Origin: an uncultured Clostridia bacterium | Lineage (GTDB): Bacteria > Bacillota > Clostridia > Christensenellales > DTU072 | Length of the DNA: 64,000 nucleotides | Reading direction: 5' to 3' | NCBI GenBank assembly: GCA_944363505.1 | Contig: CALVUD010000001.1 | Coordinates: 85,633-149,632 of the forward strand | Shown here: in pieces, positions 26,157 to 36,598 of the stretch | How the letters are laid out: every line of letters begins with the position of its first letter | Numbering within the stretch: position 1 is the first letter of the stretch | Program-made: the position numbers and the translations under genes | The notes under the pieces: generated by a model | What the model saw: the letters and a program-made list of their open reading frames with translations, nothing else | Database searches by the model: none | Told to the model about the DNA's origin: nothing

Positions 26157-28376
26157 GTGCGATATATACTACGCTTGATGAAAGCGGTAAAAGCGCTGAA
26201 AATTACAACGTTAGTATTATTAGTTATAATGATTTTTATAATACTCGGCAGCACTTTTGCCGTATTTTTGATTACAAAAGACGTAAATTTGAAAAAATAT
26301 GACCTGGAAGCCACGGCACAGGACATTACCATGTACGACGCCGATTCCAACGAAATAGCCTATCCCGAAAAGTATAAGATCGAATGTGCGATCGACGACA
26401 TTTCCCCTTATATCGTCAACGCGTTCGTGGCGCTCGAGGACAAACGATTCTATAAACATCACGGCCTCGATTACCGGAGGATACTGGGCGCCATGTGGAA
26501 CAACATAAAGGCCGGTTATTTGAAAGAAGGCGGTTCCACCATTACGCAACAACTTGCCAAAAACGCCATATTGACTAACGAAAAATCTATTGTCAGAAAG
26601 CTGAAGGAAGCGAAACTCGCCAGGCAGATAGAAAAACGGTATACGAAAGATCAGATAATGGAAATGTACCTCAATACGATTTATTTCGGTCATTCCCTGT
26701 ACGGCGTCAACGCGGCATGCAAACGGCTTTTCGGGAAAGATCCCTCATCGGTTACGCTTTCCGAAGCGGCAATCCTTGCGGGGATAGTAAAAAATCCTAA
26801 GAGGAATTCGCCCTTGAACAGCACGGAAAACGCTCTGGAACGCAGAAATCTTGTTTTAAAACTGATGAATGAGCAAGGATATATTACCGAATCGGAACTG
26901 GAACTTGCGGTATCGGAGAGCTATTCCGCGCCCGAGGTGAGCGAAGACGAAACGGATATGTCTTATTCCGTGGCGGCTATGAAAGAGGCTGCGGAAATAT
27001 TAGGCATCTCTGAAAAACAATTGATAACGGGCGGATATTCCGTATATACCTATATGGACGGCAACTTGCAGAAAACGGCCTCAGCGATAATGTCAAACGA
27101 TAATTATTCCGTCGAGAATGCGGATTCCATGATTTTATGCGCAGACAATTCAAACGGCGGAATAACGGCTTATTCTTCCACCCTTTCCGTATATCCGAAA
27201 GACTTTCTGCGCCAGCCCGCCTCAGCCATAAAACCGGTGCTTTCGTATGCGCCCGCGTTCGAATCGGGAAAATATTCGCCGGCATCTCCGATACTCGACG
27301 AACCTTGCGATTTTGACGGATATTCGCCTAAAAACTATCAGAATGTTTATTCGGGTTGGATCAGCGTGGAAAAAGCTGTCATGACCTCCAGTAACGTCTG
27401 CGCTTTAAAAATGAGCGTAGATTGCGGACTCGATTATTGCCGTTCCATAGCAGAAAAAACCGGCTTAACGTTTGATAAACGCGATTCTTTGGCATCGGTG
27501 CTCGGCGGAATGACTTACGGCGTAAGTCCGATGGCGCTGAACGCGGCGTATATGAGTTTTGCCGCGGGCGGAGAATACAAGAGCCTTTCTTTCGTAAAAG
27601 AGATAAAGCGCGGAGAAACTACGCTTTATACTCGAAAACTTACAAAATCGCGCGCAATCGGCGCGGAAAGCGCGTATCTGGTAACCGACGTTTTAAAATC
27701 TTGCGCAAAAAGCGGCACGGCAAAGAAACTAAACCGCATTTCGGGCGAAATCGCCGCAAAAACCGGGACAAACGGCGACGGAAACGGAAATACGGACGCC
27801 TGGTGCGTTTCTTATACTCCTTGCGTAACGACGTGCGTCTGGTACGGATCGACGGGTAAAAACAAAATGTCCGCGTCGGTTACGGGCGGCGGAATGCCCG
27901 CGTCGGTCAGCGCAAGGATGTATTCCGCAATGCCCTCTTCTTCATTCGGGAATTTTACGGCGCCCGACGGGGTATTTTATGCCGATATCGACACGTATTC
28001 ATACGACAATTATCATTCGCTGGAACTTGCAGGCGAGAATACTCCTTACGAATACAGAAGAGCGGCTCTTTTTTCGGAACGGTTTATCCCTGCCGTATCC
28101 GCCAGATTCGACCGCCCGCTCCCGGAAGACTTTAACGTGCGTTACGGCGACGGCGAAGTCGTGATCTCTTTGACGGCGAGCGACAGATTTATCCTGAGAA
28201 TTTCCGACCTTAACGGAGAGATAATAGCGAATATCCCGCCTGACGGCGGGAAAAAAGAAATTGCGATCGCCGAATACGGCTTCGGAATCAGAGGATACAG
28301 GGTGGAAGCCGTAACCGCCGACGGCGTCAGCGTTGCGATAAGTCAACCGAAAATCGCGTTTATTTACTCGTTATAA
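26157..28376 (+). CDS. class A penicillin-binding protein (glycosyltransferase plus transpeptidase)
   Basis: GT51 motifs EDKRFYKHHG and GGSTITQQLAKN; transpeptidase SAIKP (SxxK), SSN and KTGT. The start is uncertain: GTG at 26157 or ATG at 26178. Confidence 0.9.
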   Translation: MRYILRLMKAVKALKITTLVLLVIMIFIILGSTFAVFLITKDVNLKKYDLEATAQDITMYDADSNEIAYPEKYKIECAIDDISPYIVNAFVALEDKRFYKHHGLDYRRILGAMWNNIKAGYLKEGGSTITQQLAKNAILTNEKSIVRKLKEAKLARQIEKRYTKDQIMEMYLNTIYFGHSLYGVNAACKRLFGKDPSSVTLSEAAILAGIVKNPKRNSPLNSTENALERRNLVLKLMNEQGYITESELELAVSESYSAPEVSEDETDMSYSVAAMKEAAEILGISEKQLITGGYSVYTYMDGNLQKTASAIMSNDNYSVENADSMILCADNSNGGITAYSSTLSVYPKDFLRQPASAIKPVLSYAPAFESGKYSPASPILDEPCDFDGYSPKNYQNVYSGWISVEKAVMTSSNVCALKMSVDCGLDYCRSIAEKTGLTFDKRDSLASVLGGMTYGVSPMALNAAYMSFAAGGEYKSLSFVKEIKRGETTLYTRKLTKSRAIGAESAYLVTDVLKSCAKSGTAKKLNRISGEIAAKTGTNGDGNGNTDAWCVSYTPCVTTCVWYGSTGKNKMSASVTGGGMPASVSARMYSAMPSSSFGNFTAPDGVFYADIDTYSYDNYHSLELAGENTPYEYRRAALFSERFIPAVSARFDRPLPEDFNVRYGDGEVVISLTASDRFILRISDLNGEIIANIPPDGGKKEIAIAEYGFGIRGYRVEAVTADGVSVAISQPKIAFIYSL

Positions 28377-29529
28377 ATTCCTCGACGGTATTTTCCACGG
28401 CGGCATCGATAAGCGCGTCGACGTCCAGATTCTTTTCGTACTCGACGGCTTCCGCGATGCGCGGACGGATAACGGGATTTTTTGGCAGGAACACCGTGCA
28501 ACAGTCCTCGTAAGGACGTATCGAAATATCGAAAGCGTCGATCTTCTTCGAAATATCGATGATTTCTTCTTTGTCGAACCCTATCAACGGTCTGTATACG
28601 GGAAGCGATACGACGGAATTGGTTACCATCATGCTCTGCATGGTCTGGCTCGCCACTTGCCCCAGACTTTCGCCGGTGATTATCGCGCCGCATTCTTCGC
28701 GCCGCGCAAGTCTTTCGGCGATACGCATCATAAAACGCCTCATTATGGTTATCATGAAAGATTCCGGACATTTTTCGTGAATGGCGTACTGAATATCTGT
28801 AAACGGCACAACGAAAAGTTTTACCCCGCCGGTATAACGCGCAAGTTTTGCGGCAAGATCCTTGACTTTCTGGAGCGCGAGTTCCGAAGTATACGGGAAC
28901 GAGTGGAAATGCACGGCGTTGATCCTGACGCCGCGTTTTGCGATAAGGTAGCCCGCGACAGGCGAATCTATGCCTCCGGAAAGCAGTAACATTCCGTTAC
29001 CGCTGCACCCCACGGGCAAACCGCCCGCCCCGGGGATCTTATCGTAGAAAAGATAAGAGAAGCCGTTATCGCGGATATCCACGTTTAGTTCGAAATCGAA
29101 GTCGTATAAATCGACTTTTAATTTTCCGAGCGAAGCTTTCAGCAACGCGCCGCCGATCTTTCCCGCCATTTCCGCGGAAGTAAACGGCAGACGTTTATCG
29201 GCGCGTTTTACCGTAACGCGGAATTTACCGCTCATCGGCGACATCGCGACGGCGGCCTTGAACAGTTCTTCCTCGTCGGTTTTTACCTTGACGGCGGGCG
29301 AAACGGAATGGATCCCGAATACGCGCGTAAGACGGGAGACGATCTCGGAAGAGTTATCCGCCGCGTCCTCTATATAATACCTGCCCTGCGACCTTAAAAA
29401 CGTATATTTTAAGGGTTTAAGCGCGCTTTTGATGTTGTTAATTAAAAGATCTTCGAAGTATTTTTTATTGTGCCCTTTCAGAAATATTTCTCCGAAGCGG
29501 ATCAAAATACAATTATACTCAACCGACAT
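28360..29529 (-). CDS. thiI: tRNA 4-thiouridine(8) synthase ThiI
   Basis: N-terminal ferredoxin-like/THUMP (ILIRFGEIFLKGHNKKYFE) and PP-loop LLLSGGIDSPVA. Confidence 0.92.
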   Translation of the reverse strand: MSVEYNCILIRFGEIFLKGHNKKYFEDLLINNIKSALKPLKYTFLRSQGRYYIEDAADNSSEIVSRLTRVFGIHSVSPAVKVKTDEEELFKAAVAMSPMSGKFRVTVKRADKRLPFTSAEMAGKIGGALLKASLGKLKVDLYDFDFELNVDIRDNGFSYLFYDKIPGAGGLPVGCSGNGMLLLSGGIDSPVAGYLIAKRGVRINAVHFHSFPYTSELALQKVKDLAAKLARYTGGVKLFVVPFTDIQYAIHEKCPESFMITIMRRFMMRIAERLARREECGAIITGESLGQVASQTMQSMMVTNSVVSLPVYRPLIGFDKEEIIDISKKIDAFDISIRPYEDCCTVFLPKNPVIRPRIAEAVEYEKNLDVDALIDAAVENTVEEFITSK

Positions 29530-30646
29530 GCCGTTTCAGCTCCTTATAAACTTTTTCGTATTTGTCCGCGAATTCCTCGGCTTCCGCCATAGACGAAAAA
29601 CGCGAAAAGCTCAGTCTTACCATGCCCGACGCGTATTTTCCCTGAAGATTCAAAGCCTCGGGTATGCGCCTTGTGGATTTGTTGGAGGAACACGCGCTGC
29701 CCGTCCCTACCAAAACGCCCTCGCGCTCCAAAGCGTGCTCGATGACTTCGCCCCTGACCGAAGCGGAAGCGAACGACAGTATATACGGACTCCCGTCCTC
29801 GGGCGAGATGACCATAACGTCGTCGAACGCGCCCAGGCGTTTCCGTAAATATGCCGAAAGCGCCCTTAGGTTTTCCGCGGACTCGTCTATATGAAGCGCT
29901 GCGGCGGAAAACGCCGTGGCGAACGCCATGATCCCCGCCGTATTTTCGGTGGAAGAACGTACGCCCTCTTCCTGCCCGCCCCCGACTATAACGGGGTTCA
30001 GATGCACGCCTTTTGCGGCGTAAAGCGCGCCCGTACCTTTCGGAGCGCCTATTTTATGCGCCGAAAGCGAATACAGATCTACGGGAATACTTTTAAGGTC
30101 GATCTTTATTTTTCCGCCCGCCTGTACTCCGTCGGAATGGAAAAGCGCCCTCGGTGCGACGCGCTTCGTCAATCGTGCAAGTTCGCCTATATCGTTTACG
30201 GCGCCCGTTTCGTTGGAAACGTGAATCACGGAAACGAACGAGGTATCCGCGTTCAAAAGCGCCGAAAACGCTTCTATATCTATTTTTCCCGAACCGTCCA
30301 CGGGCGCCACGCACACGTCGAAACCCGCCTGTTTCAGGTTCATCGCCGACTGATATACTGCGGCATGCTCGACGGCTGAGATTATGACGCGGCTGTTGCG
30401 TTTCTTCTTTGTACCGAAAAACGCCAGATTGTCGCTTTCCGTTCCGCCCGAAGTGAAATACAGCTTACCTTCTCCGCCTATCTGGTTTAAAATAACGCTT
30501 CTTGCGTTTTCGAGATCGTTTTTTACGTCGAGCGCCTCGTGATACATTGCCGAAGGATTATAATACTTTTCGGTCAGATATTTGAAAACGGTTTGCGCCG
30601 CCTCGGGTATTACGCGTGTGGTCGCGGCGTTATCGAAATAAATCAT
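29519..30646 (-). CDS. cysteine desulfurase (NifS/IscS family), partner of ThiI
   Basis: IYFDNAATT, SGGTESDN, the PLP-lysine context SLSAHKIGAPKG, and the active-site loop GSACSS. Confidence 0.9.
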   Translation of the reverse strand: MIYFDNAATTRVIPEAAQTVFKYLTEKYYNPSAMYHEALDVKNDLENARSVILNQIGGEGKLYFTSGGTESDNLAFFGTKKKRNSRVIISAVEHAAVYQSAMNLKQAGFDVCVAPVDGSGKIDIEAFSALLNADTSFVSVIHVSNETGAVNDIGELARLTKRVAPRALFHSDGVQAGGKIKIDLKSIPVDLYSLSAHKIGAPKGTGALYAAKGVHLNPVIVGGGQEEGVRSSTENTAGIMAFATAFSAAALHIDESAENLRALSAYLRKRLGAFDDVMVISPEDGSPYILSFASASVRGEVIEHALEREGVLVGTGSACSSNKSTRRIPEALNLQGKYASGMVRLSFSRFSSMAEAEEFADKYEKVYKELKRHVG

Positions 30647-30647
30647 T

Positions 30648-32999
30648 CTATTTTAACCTCGCTATAGTTACGCCGCGCTCGCCCTCGCCGTATACGCCGT
30701 CGCGGTAAGATTCGATCGCGGAACATCCTTTCAGATAGTCTCTGACGGTTTCCCTCAGTTTTCCCGTACCGTACCCGTGAATTATCCTGACTTCGTTCAC
30801 TCCTTTTGTTACGGCTTTATCGATATACGCTTTCAACTCGGTCAAAGCCTCAACGCTTGTCAGTCCGATAAGGTTCAATTCGGGGGAAAAAGCTTCGTTG
30901 TTCAACACCCGTTTGACGGGAGTCGGTTTTATTTCCGGTCGTTTCGAAGCTTTTTTCAGCTTTTGGAGTTGGTCGAGTTTAAAGTTAGATTTCATCGTTC
31001 CAAGCATGACGAGCGCAGAATTTTTCTTGAAATCCACGCTTTTGACCACGCCTTCGGCTTTTAAAGGCTTGACCAAAACGGCGTCGCCCTCGGCAATGTC
31101 TCCCTCGGCCTCTTCGCCGAAGCCCTCGAATTCGTTATCTTCCATGACGATATATTTTTCGAGAGATTTTCTGAGTTTCCTCGCCTTGAAAAGATTTGCT
31201 TCCGTAGGCTCGTCGAGCACAGAGCGCAGCGAATCGATTATTTCGTTCGCTTCGCTCATCGCCTCCTCGACTAAGCGTTTGGTTTCTTTCCTGACGTTTT
31301 CGTTCATTTTTTCGCGTTGCAGGTAAAGCCTGTCGCGCTCCCTTTCAGCCTGTTTTTTTATTTCGTCGGCTTCTTTGAACATCTTCTGTGCGCGTTCTTC
31401 GTATTCCATCGCCTTGTGCCTGGATTCCTCCATACTGCTGACGACGTTTTCGAAATCGAGTTTACCCTGAGAGATCTTGCCGCGGGCGCGTTCCGTGATC
31501 TGCGGATTCAGTCCCAACTTCGCGGCAATCAATAGCGCGTTCGAAACCCCGGGAGTTCCGACGATAAGCTTATACGTCGGGGAATACGTTAACGGATTGA
31601 AATCCATCGAGGCGTTTTCCGCCCTGTCGGTAACGACGGCGTATTCCTTTAGCTCGTTATAGTGGGTCGTTATTACGGCTTTTGCGCCCTTTTCTTTTAT
31701 AAACTGCGCGATACTGATGGCAAGCGCGGCGCCTTCGGTCGGGTCGGTTCCTGCGCCCAGTTCGTCCAAAAGCACTAAACTTTTATCGTCGAGACTGTCT
31801 GTTATCTGAACGATATTGGCTATGTGCGAGGAAAAAGTCGATAAATTCTGCTCGATGCTCTGTTCGTCGCCTATGTCGGTAAATACCTCGGAGAATATCG
31901 AAAGCTCTGCTTCCAGCGCGGGTACGAACATACCGCTCATAGCCATGACCGTCAACAAGCCGACTAGTTTAAGCGCGACCGTTTTACCGCCGGTGTTAGG
32001 TCCCGTTATAAAAAGCAGATCGAAATCCTTGCCCAGCCTGATGTCCGTGGGCACGACTTTTTCCGCAGGGATCAGCGGATGTCTGCCTTTTCGTATGTCG
32101 ATCACGCCGTCGGTGTTTATGACGGGTTTGACGGCTTTTATTGCGTTAGCGTAGTACGCTTTGGCAAAAACGGTGTCAAGCTTTATTATTTTGCAAAAAC
32201 TGTCGCGTATCGACTGCGCGCCGACGCTGACTTTCAACGTAAAAGCCCTTAATATACGCTCTATTTCCTGTTGTTCGGCGATAAGGTGGGTCTTCAGCGT
32301 GTTGTTCAGTTCCACCACCGACATCGGTTCGATATACAGAGTCTGCCCGCTTGCGGACTGATCGTGGATAAGTCCGGGTATAGCGTTCTTCCACTCGGCT
32401 TTCACGGGAATAACGTATCTGTCGCCACGGACCGTTACGATGTTGTCCTGAAGATACTTAGCATACGACGGCGACGTGATGAAAGAATACAGCTTGGTTT
32501 TGATCTGTTCGCCCGTCTTTTTTATGCGAATCCTGATACTCCTCAGCTCCTCGGACGCCCTGTCGTGCATTTCCGTTTCGGAAACGATCGCGGATTCGAT
32601 GCTTTCTTCCAAAGGTTTGTCCGTATATATCGAAGCGGCTATCCTTTTAAGGCGTACCAAGGAGTCGTCGGGAACCTTGCCGATGGCGTTTTTGACGGAA
32701 TATGCGACCCGGAGCATACGCGCCACGCGCAAAAGTTCGCCCATCGATAGCACAGACATGACTTCGGCTTTGTCCAAAATCGCGCTGACGTCGTCGAAAG
32801 CGAAAGAAAGGTTGGTGGCGTATTCGAAAGCTATTCTGTCCGCTTCCGCCACTTCCTCCAAAAGCTCGGAAACGTATCCCGCATTTTCGAAAGGAACGGT
32901 TTTACGGATCTCCTCCCTTGCGGGCACGGAGGAAGCGTGGAAAGCCACGGCTTCCAGTATTTTATCGAATTCGAGAGCTTTCAGAGTCTTTTCAAGCAT
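30648..32999 (-). CDS. mutS2: endonuclease MutS2 (Smr domain)
   Basis: GPNTGGKTVALK Walker A, DELGAGTDP, and a C-terminal Smr domain (LNLIGLTSVEAL...IIHGYGTGKLR). Confidence 0.93.
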   Translation of the reverse strand: MLEKTLKALEFDKILEAVAFHASSVPAREEIRKTVPFENAGYVSELLEEVAEADRIAFEYATNLSFAFDDVSAILDKAEVMSVLSMGELLRVARMLRVAYSVKNAIGKVPDDSLVRLKRIAASIYTDKPLEESIESAIVSETEMHDRASEELRSIRIRIKKTGEQIKTKLYSFITSPSYAKYLQDNIVTVRGDRYVIPVKAEWKNAIPGLIHDQSASGQTLYIEPMSVVELNNTLKTHLIAEQQEIERILRAFTLKVSVGAQSIRDSFCKIIKLDTVFAKAYYANAIKAVKPVINTDGVIDIRKGRHPLIPAEKVVPTDIRLGKDFDLLFITGPNTGGKTVALKLVGLLTVMAMSGMFVPALEAELSIFSEVFTDIGDEQSIEQNLSTFSSHIANIVQITDSLDDKSLVLLDELGAGTDPTEGAALAISIAQFIKEKGAKAVITTHYNELKEYAVVTDRAENASMDFNPLTYSPTYKLIVGTPGVSNALLIAAKLGLNPQITERARGKISQGKLDFENVVSSMEESRHKAMEYEERAQKMFKEADEIKKQAERERDRLYLQREKMNENVRKETKRLVEEAMSEANEIIDSLRSVLDEPTEANLFKARKLRKSLEKYIVMEDNEFEGFGEEAEGDIAEGDAVLVKPLKAEGVVKSVDFKKNSALVMLGTMKSNFKLDQLQKLKKASKRPEIKPTPVKRVLNNEAFSPELNLIGLTSVEALTELKAYIDKAVTKGVNEVRIIHGYGTGKLRETVRDYLKGCSAIESYRDGVYGEGERGVTIARLK

Positions 33000-35395
33000 T
33001 ATCTGAGCGTTATTCCGAGCGTTTCGGCAAGTTTCAACAATATCTTTTCGATGAGAGCGTTGATTTCCGAGTCAACGAGAGTACGCTCCGTACTGCGGAA
33101 AGTCAATCTGACCGCAACGCTCTTTTTGCCGGCTATTTTCAGTTGAGGTCCGACGAACACGTCGAAAATGACGGCGTCGGTGAGAAGTTCGCTGTCCGCG
33201 GCGGCGCGTACTGCCGCCAAAATTTCGCCTGCGGGGATCTTTTCGTCGGTTACGAGCGCGAGATCCCTTTCAACGGGCGGATATTTGGAAATCGGTTTGA
33301 ATCCCGAATAGCGCGAAGCGTTGGCGGCAAGATAGTCGCAATCGACTTCGGCAAGATATACCCGCTTTTCGATACCGTACGTTCCCGACACGGAAGCGGA
33401 AACTTCGCCGAGATAACCTATTTCGTTGCCGTTGACCTCTATGACCGCCGTTCTGGTCGGATGCATATGCTTTATCGCGCCAGGTTTGAATACCGCGCCG
33501 ATCCTCAGATAAGCAAACAACGCCTCGAATACCGCTTTCAGCGTGTAAAAATCTTCGTCGCCGTATGCGGCGTATGCAAGAATTTGCTTTTCCTCGGGAA
33601 GTTTATCGGTTAGCGGCAGCGTTTCGGGACGGAAAACTTTGGCAATCTCGAACAGACGCGCGTCTTTATTCAGTCTGATGGCGTTGGTCTGTACCGCCTT
33701 AAGGATGCTGTGCGCCATCGTGGTGCGCATCACGGAATAGTCTTCTCCCAGCGGATTTAACAGTCTGACGGCTTTGCGCATCGGGTCGTCCGCAGGCATT
33801 TCCAGCATATCGAAAGCCTTAGGCGAAATGAACGAATACGTCAGTATTTCGTAGGCGCCCGCGCCGACCAGGAAGTTTTTAACGGATGCGATAACGGATT
33901 GTTCCTTGGTTACGTTCCCCGCTATCAACGCGCCGTTCATGACGGAAGAGCGGTCAAAGCGGTCGTAACCGTACATGCGGATAACTTCTTCGGCTATGTC
34001 GTTGACTCCGACGATGTCCTCTCTGAAGCCGGGTATCGTCGAAATCATGACTTTACCCTGTTTTTCGGTGGGAATCTCCAACGCGTTCAACGTTTTCACG
34101 ATGAATCTTGCGGGAACCGAAATACCGAGAATGTTTTTGATATCCCTCGCGGTAAAGGATATTTTTTTCTCGGCAGCCGGCTCGGGATAGCAGTCTATCG
34201 TACCCGAAACGGGTTTGCCCCAGCCGTGCTTTACCACCATGCCGACGGCTTTTTTGAGTCCCCATTCCTGCGAATAATAATCTATGCCTTTGGAGAAGCG
34301 TTGAGAAGAATCGGACGACAGCCCCAAAGAACGGGAAGTGCGCCTGACGGAATCGCGTTTGAACCGCGCGGATTCGAATACGACCTCGGTGGTGTTGTCG
34401 AAAACGGAATATCCAGCGCCGCCCATAACGCCCGCGATCGCCATAGGCTCCTCCGCGTTGCATATGGCAAGGTTATCGGGATTAAGCGTGTAAGTTTTTC
34501 CGTCCAGAGCCACAATCTTTTCGTTTTCCCCGGCGCGTCTGACGATTATTTTGCCGCCCTTTATCGTGGACAGGTCGAACGCGTGCATCGGCTGACCGAC
34601 TTCCAACAGAACGTAGTTTGTGATGTCCACGATATTGTTTATCGGACGCAGTCCCGCGGCTTTCAGCCGGCGTTTGATGTATGTGGGCGATTCTTCGATC
34701 ACGACGTCCTTTATCATTGCCGCAAGATACCTCGGGCAAAGATCGGGCGCTTCGTTTATAATCTCAAGATCCGAAGCTATGTCGTTACCGCAAGGAACGG
34801 ACATATAATCGTCGGGCATTTTTAGTTTTTTACCCGTTACCGCCGCAACTTCGCGCGCAATACCGAGTATTCCGTTAGCGTCGGTGCGGTTTGCCGTGAT
34901 GCCTATGTCCAAAACCACGTCGTCAAGTTCCATGGCTTTGACGAAATCCACACCCACGGGGGTATCCTCGGGCAAAACGAGCACCTTATCCTCGCCCGCT
35001 CCGCGGATGTCGCCCTCGGTTACGTTCAGGTCTTTTCCTCCCGTGAACATACCGTCCGACTTAACGCCCCTGACTTCGCCGGCGGTAATCAGCTTGCCGC
35101 CGTGCAACACGGCGCCGTCGGCAGCAAAAGGCACTATGTCGCCGCATTTCAACCAGGTATTGTTGGTAACGACGGTATATTCTTTGTCCGCCAAGACGCG
35201 GCACACTATCAGCCTGTCCGCCGAAGGATGTTTTTCGACCGAAAGAATCTTTGCCGTATATACGCCCTTTACGTCGTCGACGGTATTAATGATGTCTTCC
35301 ACCTCGAAGCCGCAGGAAACCAGTTTATCCGCGAGTTCTTCGGGCGAAACGTCTATATCTACGAAATCCTTTAACCATTTAATCGGAACCAGCAT
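32999..35395 (-). CDS. pheT: phenylalanine--tRNA ligase beta subunit
   Basis: MLVPIKWLKDFVDI start, tRNA-binding OB domain, B3/4 and B5 domains; 798 aa. Confidence 0.95.
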   Translation of the reverse strand: MLVPIKWLKDFVDIDVSPEELADKLVSCGFEVEDIINTVDDVKGVYTAKILSVEKHPSADRLIVCRVLADKEYTVVTNNTWLKCGDIVPFAADGAVLHGGKLITAGEVRGVKSDGMFTGGKDLNVTEGDIRGAGEDKVLVLPEDTPVGVDFVKAMELDDVVLDIGITANRTDANGILGIAREVAAVTGKKLKMPDDYMSVPCGNDIASDLEIINEAPDLCPRYLAAMIKDVVIEESPTYIKRRLKAAGLRPINNIVDITNYVLLEVGQPMHAFDLSTIKGGKIIVRRAGENEKIVALDGKTYTLNPDNLAICNAEEPMAIAGVMGGAGYSVFDNTTEVVFESARFKRDSVRRTSRSLGLSSDSSQRFSKGIDYYSQEWGLKKAVGMVVKHGWGKPVSGTIDCYPEPAAEKKISFTARDIKNILGISVPARFIVKTLNALEIPTEKQGKVMISTIPGFREDIVGVNDIAEEVIRMYGYDRFDRSSVMNGALIAGNVTKEQSVIASVKNFLVGAGAYEILTYSFISPKAFDMLEMPADDPMRKAVRLLNPLGEDYSVMRTTMAHSILKAVQTNAIRLNKDARLFEIAKVFRPETLPLTDKLPEEKQILAYAAYGDEDFYTLKAVFEALFAYLRIGAVFKPGAIKHMHPTRTAVIEVNGNEIGYLGEVSASVSGTYGIEKRVYLAEVDCDYLAANASRYSGFKPISKYPPVERDLALVTDEKIPAGEILAAVRAAADSELLTDAVIFDVFVGPQLKIAGKKSVAVRLTFRSTERTLVDSEINALIEKILLKLAETLGITLR

Positions 35396-35403
35396 AATCT
35401 CTC

Positions 35404-36510
35404 CTATTTGAACTGAGCTAAAATTCTGACATCGTTATCGAACAACAGACGCATGTCGGGAATACCGTATTTGACCATGGCGGCGCGCTCCAGTCCTATT
35501 CCGAAAGCAAATCCGCTGTATTTAGAGGAATCGATGCCGCACATATCCAAGACGGCGGGATTTACTACGCCCGCGCCTAAAAGCTCCAGCCAGCCCGTGC
35601 CTTTACAGAGTCTGCAACCCGCGCCGTGGCACATTGCGCAGCTGAGGTCAACCTCAACGCTCGGCTCCGTGAACGGGAAAAACGAAGGACGGAACCTGAC
35701 GGCGGTGTCGGCGGAAAAGAACCGCTTCGCAAACTGTTCCAGAACTGCTTTAAGGTCCTTTAACGTAACATGTTCGTCGACCACCAATCCCTCTATCTGG
35801 TGGAACATCGGGCTATGAGTCGCGTCCTCGTCGGGACGGTAAACCTTTCCGGGACACACAACCCTGATCGGAGGCACGGTAGTTTCCATGGTACGCGCCT
35901 GAACGCAAGAGGTCTGCGTACGCAGCATTATTTCGGGATTGATGTAAAAACTGTCGCCCGGATCTCGCGCCGGGTGATCGGCGGGGATGTTGAGCAGTTC
36001 GAAATTGTATTTGGTATATTCGATCTCGGGACCGTCGACAACGCTGAAGCCCATTCCCGCAAAAATAGAAACGATGTCGTTTTTGACCACGCTTATGGGG
36101 TTAAGCCCGCCTATTCCCTCGCGAAAAGCGTTTTTGGATAAGGTAACGTCGACTTTTTCCGCCTGAATACGCTTTGCTTCCTCGCGTTCGGAAACGTTCT
36201 TTTCGACCAACGAAAAAGCCAGTTCGAACGTCGAGCGTATATCGTTGACGATTGCGCCGAGAGTACGCCTGACTTCGGGCGCGGCAGAACCTATCAGCCT
36301 TGTCAGCGAGGTTATGTCGCCGCTTTTGCCGAAGTGTTTGACGCGGAAATCCTCGAGTTCGCGCTTTTCGGCGTTCTCCAGTTCGTCCATTTGTCTGACG
36401 ACTTCCGCGGTTTTTCCGATGAGCAGTTTCTTGACGTCGTCTGAAAGCGCCGAATTTTCGACTGCACGGATACGGTCTTCGAAAAATTTCTGTAAATTGT
36501 CCTTGGACAT
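35404..36510 (-). CDS. pheS: phenylalanine--tRNA ligase alpha subunit
   Basis: HPARDPGDSFY, class II motifs RVVCPGKVYR and GFAFGIGLERAAM. Start set at the ATG at 36510 with AGGAG 7 nt upstream. Confidence 0.95.
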   Translation of the reverse strand: MSKDNLQKFFEDRIRAVENSALSDDVKKLLIGKTAEVVRQMDELENAEKRELEDFRVKHFGKSGDITSLTRLIGSAAPEVRRTLGAIVNDIRSTFELAFSLVEKNVSEREEAKRIQAEKVDVTLSKNAFREGIGGLNPISVVKNDIVSIFAGMGFSVVDGPEIEYTKYNFELLNIPADHPARDPGDSFYINPEIMLRTQTSCVQARTMETTVPPIRVVCPGKVYRPDEDATHSPMFHQIEGLVVDEHVTLKDLKAVLEQFAKRFFSADTAVRFRPSFFPFTEPSVEVDLSCAMCHGAGCRLCKGTGWLELLGAGVVNPAVLDMCGIDSSKYSGFAFGIGLERAAMVKYGIPDMRLLFDNDVRILAQFK

Positions 36511-36539
36511 TTCGATACTCCTAAACAAAATGTACGCAT

Positions 36540-36568
36540 ATTATAATACAGTACAATTGTTTTTGCAA
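36540..36568 (-). promoter_or_regulatory. pheST promoter
   Basis: On the minus strand, TTGCAA (36568-36563), 17 nt spacer, TATAAT (36545-36540). This leaves only a ~25-nt leader. Confidence 0.6.
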
Positions 36569-36598
36569 TTTATTTAATTATTATTCATATATTAAAAT

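Noticed and set aside
26102-26350. 82-aa minus-strand ORF spanning the miaB / PBP1A intergenic region.
   Set aside because: It overlaps the 5' end of the PBP gene in antisense. It is hydrophobic low-complexity sequence with no start context.
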